64,000 nt of DNA from a candidate division FCPU426 bacterium (GTDB taxonomy: Bacteria > Oederibacteriota > PGYV01 > Palsa-1178), in the NCBI GenBank assembly GCA_963840035.1, contig CAWIXE010000001.1, positions 288,001-352,000 of the forward strand, read 5' to 3'. Each line of letters opens with the position of its first letter. Position 1 is the first letter of the stretch. A program made the translations under genes and the position numbers. Under the pieces are notes generated by a model. It did no database searches. It was not told the DNA's origin and was given only the letters and a program-made list of their open reading frames with translations. This document shows, one piece after another, positions 30,289 through 40,143 of the stretch.

Positions 30289-31776
30289 CTAATTTATAAA
30301 GTCCTTAAGCTTCTGCGCCGTTGTTATGTAGTTATACATCGCGTTTAAGTAATTCATCTTCGCGCGAAGCATGCCTGTCTCGGCGTTTAAAAGGTCCACT
30401 GACTGTATGAGCCCGTTCCTGTAGGACTCTTTCGCTATCCTGTAGCCTTCCTCCGCCGTCTTTATAAGGTCGTCCGCCGCCTCTATTATCTTGGCGTTCT
30501 GCTCGAGCGAGGTGTACAACTGGTCCATCTGTATGGTCAGCATGTTGTCCACGTTTTCCTTATTAAGCTCGGCTTTTTCGGCGTTAGCGCACGCTTCTTT
30601 TACTGAAGCCACGTTCTTAAAGGAGTCAAATATGGTCCACTGCAGCCCTATTGTTATGTCCCACGCGGTATTCCAGTAACCCGCCTCGCTGTGGAACGCT
30701 GAGGAAGTATCGTTATAGTAGCTGTAGTTAGCCGAAAGGGCTATATTCGGCAGCAGCATGGCAGCCTGCAGGTTCCTGTTGTATTTCGCTATGTTGGCCA
30801 CGGCCTCTATCTGCTCGCTGTCGTCATTTTGTTCCGCAAATTTTTTCTTAATCTCGTCATATGTCATGTCCAGCTTCTGGTACTCGGGCGTGCCTGAAAG
30901 GGCCACTGGCTGGTCAAGAGGGACTCCTATGGTGTTTTTCAGCATCTGCATGGCGAGTTTTGCGCCGTCAACGGCTTTTTGCGCGTCCGGTATGGAGTTC
31001 GCGTACTGTACCTGCGCCTGAAGCACGTCAAAGTTTGATGCCTGCCCGTTGGCGTATTTGGTCTTTGTTATCCTTAAGTATTCCTCGTTTGCCTTCATGG
31101 TCTCGGTCATGGTCTTTGCCATTTCCTGTGCTATCAGGGCGTAGTAAAAAGAGTTCATCACGTCAAGTTTGAGCTTTTCGTTCGCCTTCTTGAAATTTAT
31201 CTTGGCTATCTTGTACCCTTCCTCCGCCATCTTAAAGCCGAAGAAAGTCTTTCCAAAGGTGAATAAAGGCTGGGAAAGCGAAACGCGCGCCGAATAATAA
31301 TTCTGGGGCATTATGGATACCGGCGTGTCATTTGGCGGGAAGCCTGGCCCGAGCATGTCTTTCGGGAATATTGAGGTCGACAGTTTAGTAAAAGGCTCAT
31401 AACCGCCCATTATTGATATAGTCGGACCAAATGAAGCCGCTCCCTTTGCAAGCTGCGCCTCAGCCGCCGTCATGTCCAGTTTGGCTATCTTAAAATCCCT
31501 GTTCTTATCAGACGCCATTTTATAGCAGTCGTCAAAAGAAAGCACCGGGCTGTTTTCCACCGATACCGAAGGGTTTAATGTGGCCACCGCGACCACAACC
31601 GCTGTTTCAGCCGCCGTTGCCTCCGCTTGCGGCACAGCCGCAGCCCTGGCTTTGGACTTGACCGGCTTTACCGCCGCTGTATTTTCCGCCGCCATCACAG
31701 GCGCCGCCAGTAAAAGCGCCGCCATTACCGTGCTTATAATTGAAAATTTAAAATTGACAATTGAGAATGTTTTCAT
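30289..31776 (-). CDS. TolC-family outer-membrane efflux channel
   Basis: Signal peptide, OEP repeats (LSQPLF, YANGQAS..DVL, YRNGLIQSVDLL). Confidence 0.9.
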   Translation of the reverse strand: MKTFSIVNFKFSIISTVMAALLLAAPVMAAENTAAVKPVKSKARAAAVPQAEATAAETAVVVAVATLNPSVSVENSPVLSFDDCYKMASDKNRDFKIAKLDMTAAEAQLAKGAASFGPTISIMGGYEPFTKLSTSIFPKDMLGPGFPPNDTPVSIMPQNYYSARVSLSQPLFTFGKTFFGFKMAEEGYKIAKINFKKANEKLKLDVMNSFYYALIAQEMAKTMTETMKANEEYLRITKTKYANGQASNFDVLQAQVQYANSIPDAQKAVDGAKLAMQMLKNTIGVPLDQPVALSGTPEYQKLDMTYDEIKKKFAEQNDDSEQIEAVANIAKYNRNLQAAMLLPNIALSANYSYYNDTSSAFHSEAGYWNTAWDITIGLQWTIFDSFKNVASVKEACANAEKAELNKENVDNMLTIQMDQLYTSLEQNAKIIEAADDLIKTAEEGYRIAKESYRNGLIQSVDLLNAETGMLRAKMNYLNAMYNYITTAQKLKDFIN

Positions 31777-31788
31777 CTTTTCCTCCGT

Positions 31789-32388
31789 TTAGTAATATAT
31801 TTGCCATGCGAGCCCTGCTTTAAATACCTGTATCTCGCCCTGGCCTTTTACTGTGCTTATGTTTGAATATGACGGCCTTTCTATCCTTAAGGAAAGCACC
31901 GCTATGTCCTCGACGTTCCAGTTGACTGAAAACCCGAAGTTATAATAATCTGCAACCCACGAGCTATCCCTGTCAAAGAGAGCGGTATTGGGCCCGTATA
32001 CAACCTCATATTGCGAGTGTATGTTAGCCGCAGCCTTTCCGTACTCAAACATAAGCCCGGGGTAAACCGGCCATGAGGGGAATATATTTGCCTTTATGCC
32101 CGCGTATACCGGAAGAAACGAGCAGTTCTCCTGGGGGTTTGCGGTGAATATGAAAGGCTGAAAAGACCCTCCTATATATACCTCCGCCCACCTGCAGATG
32201 GAAACTCCGGCCTTGGCGTCAAATAGCGCGGTATCATAGGTTCCTGTGGAGTTGTTCTCGATGTTCCTCGGCGTTATCATTGAGCCGTATGAAACGCCGT
32301 ATTCCGTAAATACAAATTTTTCAGCCATTACAGGCGCGAAAAACGCCGTGACAGCCAGCAAAGCAAGTACAATAATTTTGTTTTTCAT
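31789..32388 (-). CDS. Small outer-membrane beta-barrel protein
   Basis: Signal peptide, amphipathic strands, aromatic C-terminus AWQIYY. Confidence 0.6.
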   Translation of the reverse strand: MKNKIIVLALLAVTAFFAPVMAEKFVFTEYGVSYGSMITPRNIENNSTGTYDTALFDAKAGVSICRWAEVYIGGSFQPFIFTANPQENCSFLPVYAGIKANIFPSWPVYPGLMFEYGKAAANIHSQYEVVYGPNTALFDRDSSWVADYYNFGFSVNWNVEDIAVLSLRIERPSYSNISTVKGQGEIQVFKAGLAWQIYY

Positions 32389-32389
32389 G

Positions 32390-32830
32390 TCAGTTTGCCC
32401 TTTCCATGTATTTTTTTAATTTTTTGAGTATGTTCAAAGCCTGTTTCTTTTCTTCAGTGCTGAGCACGGACATAAGGCCGCTTACTTCATCGTCCTTCTG
32501 CTTTATGTGTCCGCATACCATCTTTTCCACGTTCTTAGTGATATGCACCCATACCGTGCGCCTGTCTTTTTCGTCATGCTCCCTTTTTAAAAGCCCCATG
32601 CCCACCAGCCTGTTTACGGTGTCTGTCATGGAAGGAAGTTTCACCTCGGCGAATTTTGCCAGTTCGCTCATCTTTGCCTTCTTTTTTTCATAAAGGAAAG
32701 CCATGAGGTTCAGCTGGGAAATGGTGATGTCCTTTACCCCTCCCTTAAAAGGAGACTGGACTTTCCGCCCCTTGGCAAAAGGGGACATGCTCTTTAGCAT
32801 TATTACCAGTTCTTTAGTCAGCTCGTCCAT
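32390..32830 (-). CDS. MarR-family regulator
   Basis: MSELA HTH and EKDRR wing. Confidence 0.9.
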   Translation of the reverse strand: MDELTKELVIMLKSMSPFAKGRKVQSPFKGGVKDITISQLNLMAFLYEKKKAKMSELAKFAEVKLPSMTDTVNRLVGMGLLKREHDEKDRRTVWVHITKNVEKMVCGHIKQKDDEVSGLMSVLSTEEKKQALNILKKLKKYMERAN

Positions 32831-32862
32831 GTTTTTACCTCGATACTTTTAATACCTAATAG

Positions 32863-32903
32863 TTAGGTAGCCGAAGTATATCAGTGAGGGGGGTGTTTGT
32901 CAA
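32863..32903 (-). promoter_or_regulatory. Promoter and operator of the first MarR-RND operon
   Basis: TTGACA-17-TATACT followed directly by TTCGGCTACCTAA. Confidence 0.7.
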
Positions 32904-32986
32904 GATTAAAATGCAATCACAAATCTCAAATCACATATCCCAAATTAAGTCCGATAAAAACCCTGGTTTTGGGATTTGTGATTTCT

Positions 32987-33361
32987 TTACTCCAGGTAGT
33001 CCACAAACTCATCGCTTGTCATGGTCTTCATAAAGTGTTCCTTCGCGAAGTCCGTTATCTTCCTGTCGGATGAGACTATGAGGTGGTTTTTTGCCTTGCC
33101 TTTGCGTTTTTTTATCATTTCTATTATATAGTCGTCTGCTATCTCTCCCTGGGCCGAGTAATACAGCTTTATTCCGGATTTCACGTCCATGCCGCGCTGG
33201 GTGGATGGATTGTTCCTGCCGTCAAAAACCACGAGCATTTCATTGGGGTTAATAGCCAGAAACTCCGCGAGTATCTCAAGCATCTTTTCCCGCTTACGCT
33301 CAAGCGAGCCCTCCACGCCGAGCCTGTACATTAAATTATAACCGTCGATGATGATCTTCAT
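32987..33361 (-). CDS. NYN/YacP-like PIN-domain protein
   Basis: IIDGYN, VVFDG, ADDYI and VSSDR motifs. Start at MKIII. Confidence 0.85.
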   Translation of the reverse strand: MKIIIDGYNLMYRLGVEGSLERKREKMLEILAEFLAINPNEMLVVFDGRNNPSTQRGMDVKSGIKLYYSAQGEIADDYIIEMIKKRKGKAKNHLIVSSDRKITDFAKEHFMKTMTSDEFVDYLE

Positions 33362-33450
33362 AAGATCCCTTTCTAACTGAAAACTTAAAACTGAAAGTTG
33401 AAACAATACAAGCCGCATCAACTTTCAGTTTTAAGTTTTCAGCTTTACGT

Positions 33451-34515
33451 TTACGAATCTATCCTATACCCCGCCAGCATATTTATATCCATCGGTTTTA
33501 CTTTCACCGTCTCTTTGACCATGCCTTTTGAAACTTCTATCTCCACTTCCGCGTCCGGGTTTGCCTTGGCGTGCGAGTAGCCCGCGGTAGCCGAGGCTAT
33601 GAACATTTTTGAGTCATCGTCCATCTCGCCTAAGGCCAATGTGACTGGCCCGGGCATTCCTTTGCACTCGAATATGTATCCCTTGTCCTTAAATTTTAAT
33701 ATCTCAATATTCTCGTCGTGTTTCCTGCCGACTATGAACTTCATCTTATGCCTGGCAAACTGCCTGCCTAATGTGAGCAGATATACATCATCTTTTTGTA
33801 TCTCGCCTTTATACCGTATTAAAAAATCACGGAGCCGCTTGGCGTAGCTTTCATCCGTGAGTATGCATCCGCCCGCAGGCGCTTTTACATAATCGCCCCA
33901 GCCTATGTCCTCGGCCATTTGCAGCTGCGGTTTCCTCGTCCTTCCGGAAAAATCCAGGAGTTTTTCCCTGTCCACCCAGCCGAGTTTTTCGGGTTCAGTG
34001 GGTTCCAGGTGTTTCGCGCACAAAGGACGCAGGAGGTATCCTTCAAGCCCCGATTCTTTTTCAATTTTTACAATTGCCTGCGGGTTCTGGGTCATAGGCC
34101 TCTGCCCGATGACCTCGCCGGTAATAAGGAACCCCGCGTCAAAAGCCGGGAGAAGTTCCTTGATTTTCCTCATCATCATTATCTTGCAGTCGATGCACGG
34201 GTTCATGTTTGACCCGAAACCGTGAACCGGAGCGCGCATCATCCGGAAAAAATCCTTTGAAATGTCCACTACCACCGGGTTTATCTCAGGCGGCATGACA
34301 CCCTTGAATTTTTTTTCCTCAATTGTCCCGTTCTTATAAAGAGCCGCAAATTCAATCAGCTGATCGCCGGGGGCAAGTTCCTCATAAGCCCCGAAAAAGA
34401 ATCCATGGTCAAAGTTTACAGGTATGACCTTAATCCCCTGGTCAAGCATAACGCGGATTGCAAGCAAAGAGTCCAGCCCGCCGGAAAACATAGCCAAACA
34501 AGTTTTTTCTTTCAT
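33451..34515 (-). CDS. PP-loop tRNA thiouridylase-like protein (MnmA/ThiI-related)
   Basis: SGGLDS, NPCIDCK, GEVIGQRPMTQ and PAGGCILT motifs. Confidence 0.8.
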   Translation of the reverse strand: MKEKTCLAMFSGGLDSLLAIRVMLDQGIKVIPVNFDHGFFFGAYEELAPGDQLIEFAALYKNGTIEEKKFKGVMPPEINPVVVDISKDFFRMMRAPVHGFGSNMNPCIDCKIMMMRKIKELLPAFDAGFLITGEVIGQRPMTQNPQAIVKIEKESGLEGYLLRPLCAKHLEPTEPEKLGWVDREKLLDFSGRTRKPQLQMAEDIGWGDYVKAPAGGCILTDESYAKRLRDFLIRYKGEIQKDDVYLLTLGRQFARHKMKFIVGRKHDENIEILKFKDKGYIFECKGMPGPVTLALGEMDDDSKMFIASATAGYSHAKANPDAEVEIEVSKGMVKETVKVKPMDINMLAGYRIDS

Positions 34516-34611
34516 TTTATAATTACCTTTCCTCATAATGGTTTAATAAACAACCCAATTATACCACAGTTCCTGTTGCTTTTCAAAACTACGTTGTGCG
34601 CTATTGCCTCT

Positions 34612-34812
34612 GTAGGGCGATTCGTGCAAAGTCCCGTGGAAATCGCCCCTACAAATACAAAATAAATAACACCAACAAAAACAACCCGTAGAGAGGCGGC
34701 TTGCTGCCTCTCTACGCGGGTCTTTGCCTCCGTAAGCGGGAGCAAGCCCCCGCTCTACAGTGGAATTTAAGTTGCAGCCGTTGCCCTTGTAGGGGCGATT
34801 CACGAATCGCCC
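34612..34812. repeat. Cluster of four GTAG/CTAC-bounded REP hairpins
   Basis: gtagggcgatt..aatcgcccctac; gtagagaggc..gcctctctac; agcggg..cccgctctac; gtaggggcgattcacgaatcgccc. Confidence 0.8.
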
Positions 34813-34905
34813 AACAGGGACAAAACCAAATCATATAAAAACAAAAAGCGGGGCTTTCGCCCCGCCTGTATGCTTTCAATCCAGAATCCAGAATCTAGAA
34901 TTGTT

Positions 34906-37644
34906 TCAGCGCAAAACCGCCAATTTTGATATACAGAACTTCTTCTCAGAATTTCTCTTCGCGTCTATCCTGTAAAAATATATCCCGGTCGCCGCCTTAT
35001 TCCCCGCGTCGTTTAATCCGTCCCACCTTACGCGGTTCTCTCCGCCCCTGGTGTCTGCCTGGCCGACAAGCAGCGTCTTAAACACAGCCCACGGTATGGT
35101 GCGGATGAGCTCGCCTGATATGGTGTAGACCTTCAGCGAACAGTCAGCCTGTACTGTGAGGGTAAATAGTATAGTGGTATCGCCCGCGAACGGGTTCGGG
35201 TAATTTGTCACCGGCTTTAGGTCAAGCACAGGCACATTTGAAATCAGGTTCGTCATATTGGAGGCAAACGACCCCAGAGACCCCGCGGAACTCGCGTAAG
35301 CAGTGTTCTGATACGTCTCGCCTGAATTTAAGTTGTTATTCATATATGCGATAAACCACACATCCACCCCGGGCGCGCCCGTCGGCAGGCTCGGTATGGT
35401 CCATCGCATGACCCCCGCAGCGTCAGGAGGCGTGCCCCCCGGGCTTATGGATGAGAATAAGTGTTTGTTAGGCAGTGTGTCCCAGATGTTTACGCCGGCC
35501 GCCGCTACATTTGAACTTTCTATATGTATGTTATAACTCACGGTATCGCCCGGCCCGGCTGTCAGCGGGCTGACTGATTTTGTAAGGACAAGGGTTGTGA
35601 TGGGAGTCGCTGTCGGAGTAGCGGTATATGTAGGGGTAGCCGTCTGTGTTGCGGTGGGCGTGCCAGAAGGTGTAGCTGAAGGCGTGGCAGTGCTTGTAAA
35701 TGTTGAAGTAGGTGACGCGGTTTTTGTAGGAGTATATGTAAATGTCTCCGTAAACGTAGCCGTCTGCGGGCAGACCGTGACATTCATTGAAACAGTATTT
35801 GAATCTGTTGGAGGGGCTTCTACCGTGTCAAGTGTCGCCTTATTTAAAAGCGTCCCGCAATAATTAACTACAGCCCATAACTCCATGTGATATACCACAT
35901 CTGTAAACGCCGTGAAAATTTTCCACAATACAGGAGTTCCTGCTCCGCCGGGATTTGTCGGGCCTGAATGCGTTATGTCCGCGGCAGTGCCGCCTATGTA
36001 TGTCAGTTCTGTAGGCAGTGTGTCATACAACACCGGATAAGACATTGTTGTTTTATCTATTTTAAGGTTATCATATCTGTTCCCGTTTGTCCTGTGAGCC
36101 TGAAAGCCAACGTAACCGCAATCAGGTATTGGCGCGGTTACGTCAGTGGCATCAAGTGTATATGCCCCAGGCTCTGCCGTTCCCCTTACCCAAACTTTTG
36201 CCTGTACCCTTACCCCGTTACCCGGATCCGTAACATGGATTTTTATTGTATACCATGTTGCAACATTTATTGCCGGTGAAGGTACCCCAAACCCGAAAGC
36301 GCCTCCCGGTATTCCAGTGCAATATTTTTGGATCCACAATCTATGATTGTTGTCCCCGTCAGGACCATCCGTTGAAATTCCAACACCATAAGCGCATCCG
36401 GGCGCTCCTGAGAGGTTATTATCCCTGAATGCAATTAACGCGTCATTATTTACGCCTGACTCTATGTACACATCACCCTGAATGTCTCCAAAACAAAAAT
36501 TTGTAGGAGTATCTCTTAATAAATGGGGATAATATCCGGGATCCGGCCCAGCCTGCGCAACGGAAGCTACATAACCTCCGCCGTTTGTAAACCCGGGTCC
36601 TGGCCCTACAGTATGAAATCCGGCAAGGGTGCTGTCAAAATTATCAATGGACCAGAACGCCAGCCCACCTGCGTTAAAATCATATGTGTAAGTCACAGTA
36701 TCACCTATCGCCGCGTCGGTTACATTTTCACTTTTTGTAAAAGAAAAATCAGGGCCTATCATGACCGGCGCGTCGGCGCTTGAGCCCGTGACTGTCCCGA
36801 GCGTGCCCGGGTCTATCAATGACCAGCTTGCTATATCGCTTATTACCGTACCAGGAGGCGTGCCCGAATTTATCTGGACCACATACCATACTTTGTCTAT
36901 TATGCGTGACGCGGTGTTTCCAATATTCCATGTAAGCCCGGATCCCGCGGCAGTGCCGCCGCTTGTCCCGCCCAGGCTCTGGGATATCAGGGTACAGTTT
37001 GCCGGCACAGCATCTGTAATTTGACAGCTGTTCGCGTTTGCAAAATTATAATCTATGGTATGCAGCACATAATCTCCGGGCCTTGCGGTAGTTGCCTCAA
37101 CTGTTTTTGATATGACGCCGCCTGTCATAGGCGGCGGGGTTGAAAATGATATGTAATCATAAGTAGAGCCTAATACACGGCTTGTCCAATCGCCTCCGCA
37201 GTCTATGGAGTAATCCTTTGCCCCGACTATTATAAAATATGACATGCCTTCGGACAGAGTTGATGGAACTGTTAAATTATAAGTCCATGTAAACGCAACA
37301 GTTGACCCTCCGGACCCATTGTCATTTGTGTCATAACCTTTTGTATAACCTGAAACAGGCGGGCCGTTCTGGTTGTTTTCATAGGTTACAAAATACTGCC
37401 CGGTTGTTGCTCCGCTGTTGCAGTCCTGTGTATTTGATACATTTGAAAACGCTATCATAAGGAATGTTTTTGTATATGATGGCACATCATACCTGAAAGT
37501 CACGGCAACCGTGCTTCCGGGAGCTGCAACGGGAGGAACCACGCTTATTACATCAACACCGCTGATTGGGCCCGCAGATATGTTTGAAACTGAAAAGAAA
37601 AGGATTGCGAGACTAAAAATAAGGATGCTTGTTTTGTTCTTCAT
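34906..37644 (-). CDS. Large secreted surface protein: DUF11-like domains, lectin-like domain, Thr-Pro linker, FlgD-Ig/T9SS-like C-terminal domain
   Basis: Signal peptide, repeated KxV..A.PGD.V.Y, TPTATxT repeats, C-terminal NYPNPF..WDGLND.G...GIYFY..KLAVLR. Confidence 0.8.
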   Translation of the reverse strand: MKNKTSILIFSLAILFFSVSNISAGPISGVDVISVVPPVAAPGSTVAVTFRYDVPSYTKTFLMIAFSNVSNTQDCNSGATTGQYFVTYENNQNGPPVSGYTKGYDTNDNGSGGSTVAFTWTYNLTVPSTLSEGMSYFIIVGAKDYSIDCGGDWTSRVLGSTYDYISFSTPPPMTGGVISKTVEATTARPGDYVLHTIDYNFANANSCQITDAVPANCTLISQSLGGTSGGTAAGSGLTWNIGNTASRIIDKVWYVVQINSGTPPGTVISDIASWSLIDPGTLGTVTGSSADAPVMIGPDFSFTKSENVTDAAIGDTVTYTYDFNAGGLAFWSIDNFDSTLAGFHTVGPGPGFTNGGGYVASVAQAGPDPGYYPHLLRDTPTNFCFGDIQGDVYIESGVNNDALIAFRDNNLSGAPGCAYGVGISTDGPDGDNNHRLWIQKYCTGIPGGAFGFGVPSPAINVATWYTIKIHVTDPGNGVRVQAKVWVRGTAEPGAYTLDATDVTAPIPDCGYVGFQAHRTNGNRYDNLKIDKTTMSYPVLYDTLPTELTYIGGTAADITHSGPTNPGGAGTPVLWKIFTAFTDVVYHMELWAVVNYCGTLLNKATLDTVEAPPTDSNTVSMNVTVCPQTATFTETFTYTPTKTASPTSTFTSTATPSATPSGTPTATQTATPTYTATPTATPITTLVLTKSVSPLTAGPGDTVSYNIHIESSNVAAAGVNIWDTLPNKHLFSSISPGGTPPDAAGVMRWTIPSLPTGAPGVDVWFIAYMNNNLNSGETYQNTAYASSAGSLGSFASNMTNLISNVPVLDLKPVTNYPNPFAGDTTILFTLTVQADCSLKVYTISGELIRTIPWAVFKTLLVGQADTRGGENRVRWDGLNDAGNKAATGIYFYRIDAKRNSEKKFCISKLAVLR

Positions 37645-37886
37645 TTTTCCCCGCTTTTTCTTTTAAAATGTAATGTTTACCGTTAAACACCATTATAATA
37701 CTTTTGACACCCGTTTTCAAGAATAGTTTTGCTTTTATTGAATTTAATTATTTTGTCAGTATAACACGCCGTTAAAACAAGCGGTATTTTGCCTGTTTTC
37801 ATGTTAAAACCGGCTTGTGTATTTTAACCTCGCCCTCTTTACCCGCTCTGTGTTATAATATGGAAAACCAAAATACGGAGGGTCTT

Positions 37887-38789
37887 TTGAACCTTATTGC
37901 TTCAGTTTCTCTGGGACTTCTTGCGGCGTTCATTATTATAACCCTTGCCGCTTACCGCAAAAACCTGCCCGCGCTTTTTTCCTCGGCGCGCGTTTCGCGC
38001 CATTTTTATTACAGCGCCATATTTTCCGCGGGTTTTTTTCTTTACCCGGAAAAGATGAACATGCCCTGGCTGCCGCAGTTTATATCCGGGCTGGTGCTTA
38101 TCAACCTTCTTTTCGCATCCAGCATGGTATTAAATAATATCTATGACGTAAAAATAGACAAAGAAAACTCAAAATCAAACGCCCTGCTCATAAAAGGGTT
38201 TTCAAAAAAACGCTACTACCTTTTTTACGTAGTGCCTTTCATCCTCTCCGTCCCTTTTTCCCTTTCTCTTTCACTGAAGGTTTTATACGCCAGCCTTGCC
38301 ATACACTTTACCGCGTGGGCCTACTCCTGCCCTCCCATGCGGCTGAAGAAATATTTTCCCGTGAACATCATGCTCATATCCTTTTCCACGGTGCTGGCCT
38401 TTATCCTCGGCTTTAATTCCTCCCCGTTTCCGGGAAGGGAATTCCCCTTCCGCCTCGCGCTGGCTTTCTTTGGCGCGCTCTCGCTGGCATTTAACACCAA
38501 GGACATAAATGATTATTCCGGCGATAAAAAATACGGTGTCTCGACCATCATGACCATCTTCGGCGCCAAAAAAGGCAAAAACATAATAGCGCTCCTGGCC
38601 CTTGCGGGTTATTTCTTTGTCCCGGTCATACTCGGCGCGTGGAACATCCTGCCCCAGGCGGCGCTCTGCGGCACAGCCACCTGCGCGCACATACTCATAG
38701 CGAAGGAAAAAGTAAACGAACCGCTCATCTTTTTTATATTTTTCCTCTTCGCAGGTTTTTTTGCGGCTTCATTTTTCCCGTTTAAGTAG
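37887..38789 (+). CDS. UbiA-family prenyltransferase
   Basis: NNIYDVKID and KDINDYSGD Asp-rich motifs, YS.PP.RLK, multi-TM. Start uncertain (TTG 37887 or ATG 37860). Confidence 0.8.
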   Translation: MNLIASVSLGLLAAFIIITLAAYRKNLPALFSSARVSRHFYYSAIFSAGFFLYPEKMNMPWLPQFISGLVLINLLFASSMVLNNIYDVKIDKENSKSNALLIKGFSKKRYYLFYVVPFILSVPFSLSLSLKVLYASLAIHFTAWAYSCPPMRLKKYFPVNIMLISFSTVLAFILGFNSSPFPGREFPFRLALAFFGALSLAFNTKDINDYSGDKKYGVSTIMTIFGAKKGKNIIALLALAGYFFVPVILGAWNILPQAALCGTATCAHILIAKEKVNEPLIFFIFFLFAGFFAASFFPFK

Positions 38790-38810
38790 GAAATTACCGT
38801 TTTTCAGGGC

Positions 38811-39152
38811 CTTCCCCCTCTCCTCTTAGGAGAGGGCCGGGGTGAGGTGAAACAAGCCTGCGTCCCCTCACCCTACCCTCTCCCGGAGGGAGAGGGATAA
38901 AAAATCATACAACCGCTGTTCTTTTTCCTTTTGTTTTATACAGATTTTCCCCCCTCTCCTCTTAGGAGAGGCCCGGGGTGAGGTGAAACAAGCCTGAGCC
39001 CCCTCACCCTACCATCTCCCGGAGGGAGAGGGATAAAAAATCAAACAACCGCTGTTTTTTTTACTTTTCTTTTATACAGATCTTCCCCCTCTCCTCTTAG
39101 GAGAGGGCCGGGGTGAGGTGAAACAAGCCTGTGTCCCCTTAACCTGCCCTCC
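38811..39152. repeat. About 2.5 tandem copies of a ~135 bp palindromic unit
   Basis: ccccctctcctcttaggagagg..ggggtgaggtgaaacaagcctg recurs near 38814, 38949 and 39085. Confidence 0.9.
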
Positions 39153-39309
39153 CTCTGCCGCAGGAGTGACTATAAATAGCCGGGGGATATGGACAAAAGC
39201 ACATATCCCTGTCTTCATTTTGTGTTATTGTTATGCTATAATACCTTAAATGAGGTTATGTTCACTTCTGACTTATAACTTATTATTTATCACTTAACCT
39301 GGAGGTTCC

Positions 39310-40062
39310 ATGTACCCGTACTACTACCTCGGCACTTACACGGTTTCCACATACTATGTCATGGCGGCGCTCGGCTCCATAGCCGGGTTCCTCGCGCTTT
39401 TATACAACACCCGCGCTGAAAAAAAATCCGTCATCCGTTCTTATTTTATATTTGCCGCCCTTATCTTCATCCCTTTTTACGCAGGCGCGCGGCTGGGATA
39501 TATTGTGGAATGTATTGCCTTTAAAAGGGAATCCTGCGGCCTTGGATTTTTCGGCGCTGCCTCGCTGTGGCCCGGGCTGGTAACCGCGACGCTCTGCGCT
39601 TTTCCCCTGGCCCATTTTTTAAAAACCGATGTTTGGAAGGCGGCTGATTATTTTTCCCCTTCCATTGCCATTGGCGGATTTTTCATGCGCCTGGGCTGCC
39701 TTTTGCGCGGCTGCTGCTTTGGCACTCCGTGCCCGCTTGATAACCCCCTGGGAACTTTTTTTTCCCCTTACTCATCCGCGTACAGCACTTACGGCAACGT
39801 GCCGTTATACCCTTCGCAGGTATTTTCATCCCTTGCCTGGCTTGTTGTTTTCATCATCCTGGAAATAAGAATTTCCAGGAAATCATTTAAAGGCGAAATA
39901 ATACTTATAATGACTTTCCTGTATTCTTTGTTTACCCTGATTATTGACCGGTTCAGGTACCACGACACTTCCTTTCCCGAAAACAGCGGTTTCTCCATTT
40001 TTTTCATGGTTGTATCGGCAATTCTGTATGCCCTATTCTACAGGAAAATCCTTAAAAACTGA
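39310..40062 (+). CDS. Divergent Lgt-family (prolipoprotein diacylglyceryl transferase-like) membrane protein
   Basis: MYP N-terminus, GARLGY, RLGCLLRGCCFG, PSQ motifs. Confidence 0.75.
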   Translation: MYPYYYLGTYTVSTYYVMAALGSIAGFLALLYNTRAEKKSVIRSYFIFAALIFIPFYAGARLGYIVECIAFKRESCGLGFFGAASLWPGLVTATLCAFPLAHFLKTDVWKAADYFSPSIAIGGFFMRLGCLLRGCCFGTPCPLDNPLGTFFSPYSSAYSTYGNVPLYPSQVFSSLAWLVVFIILEIRISRKSFKGEIILIMTFLYSLFTLIIDRFRYHDTSFPENSGFSIFFMVVSAILYALFYRKILKN

Positions 40063-40143
40063 GCAAAGCAATACATTTGGATATGCGTTCATGTTTTCTT
40101 CTATATTATATGCATAATATAAAATCATAAGTTTACAAATTAC

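Noticed and set aside
33362..33421. N-terminal extension of the NYN protein in the ORF track
   Set aside because: It is a translation of an intergenic heptamer array; the RBS supports MKIII as the start.
35590..35765. Tandem DNA repeat or contingency locus
   Set aside because: The periodicity is explained by a coding Thr-Pro linker with varied codons.
38811..39152. Possible CRISPR array
   Set aside because: The spacers are near-identical, the unit is about 135 bp and there are no cas genes, so it is a tandem palindromic repeat.
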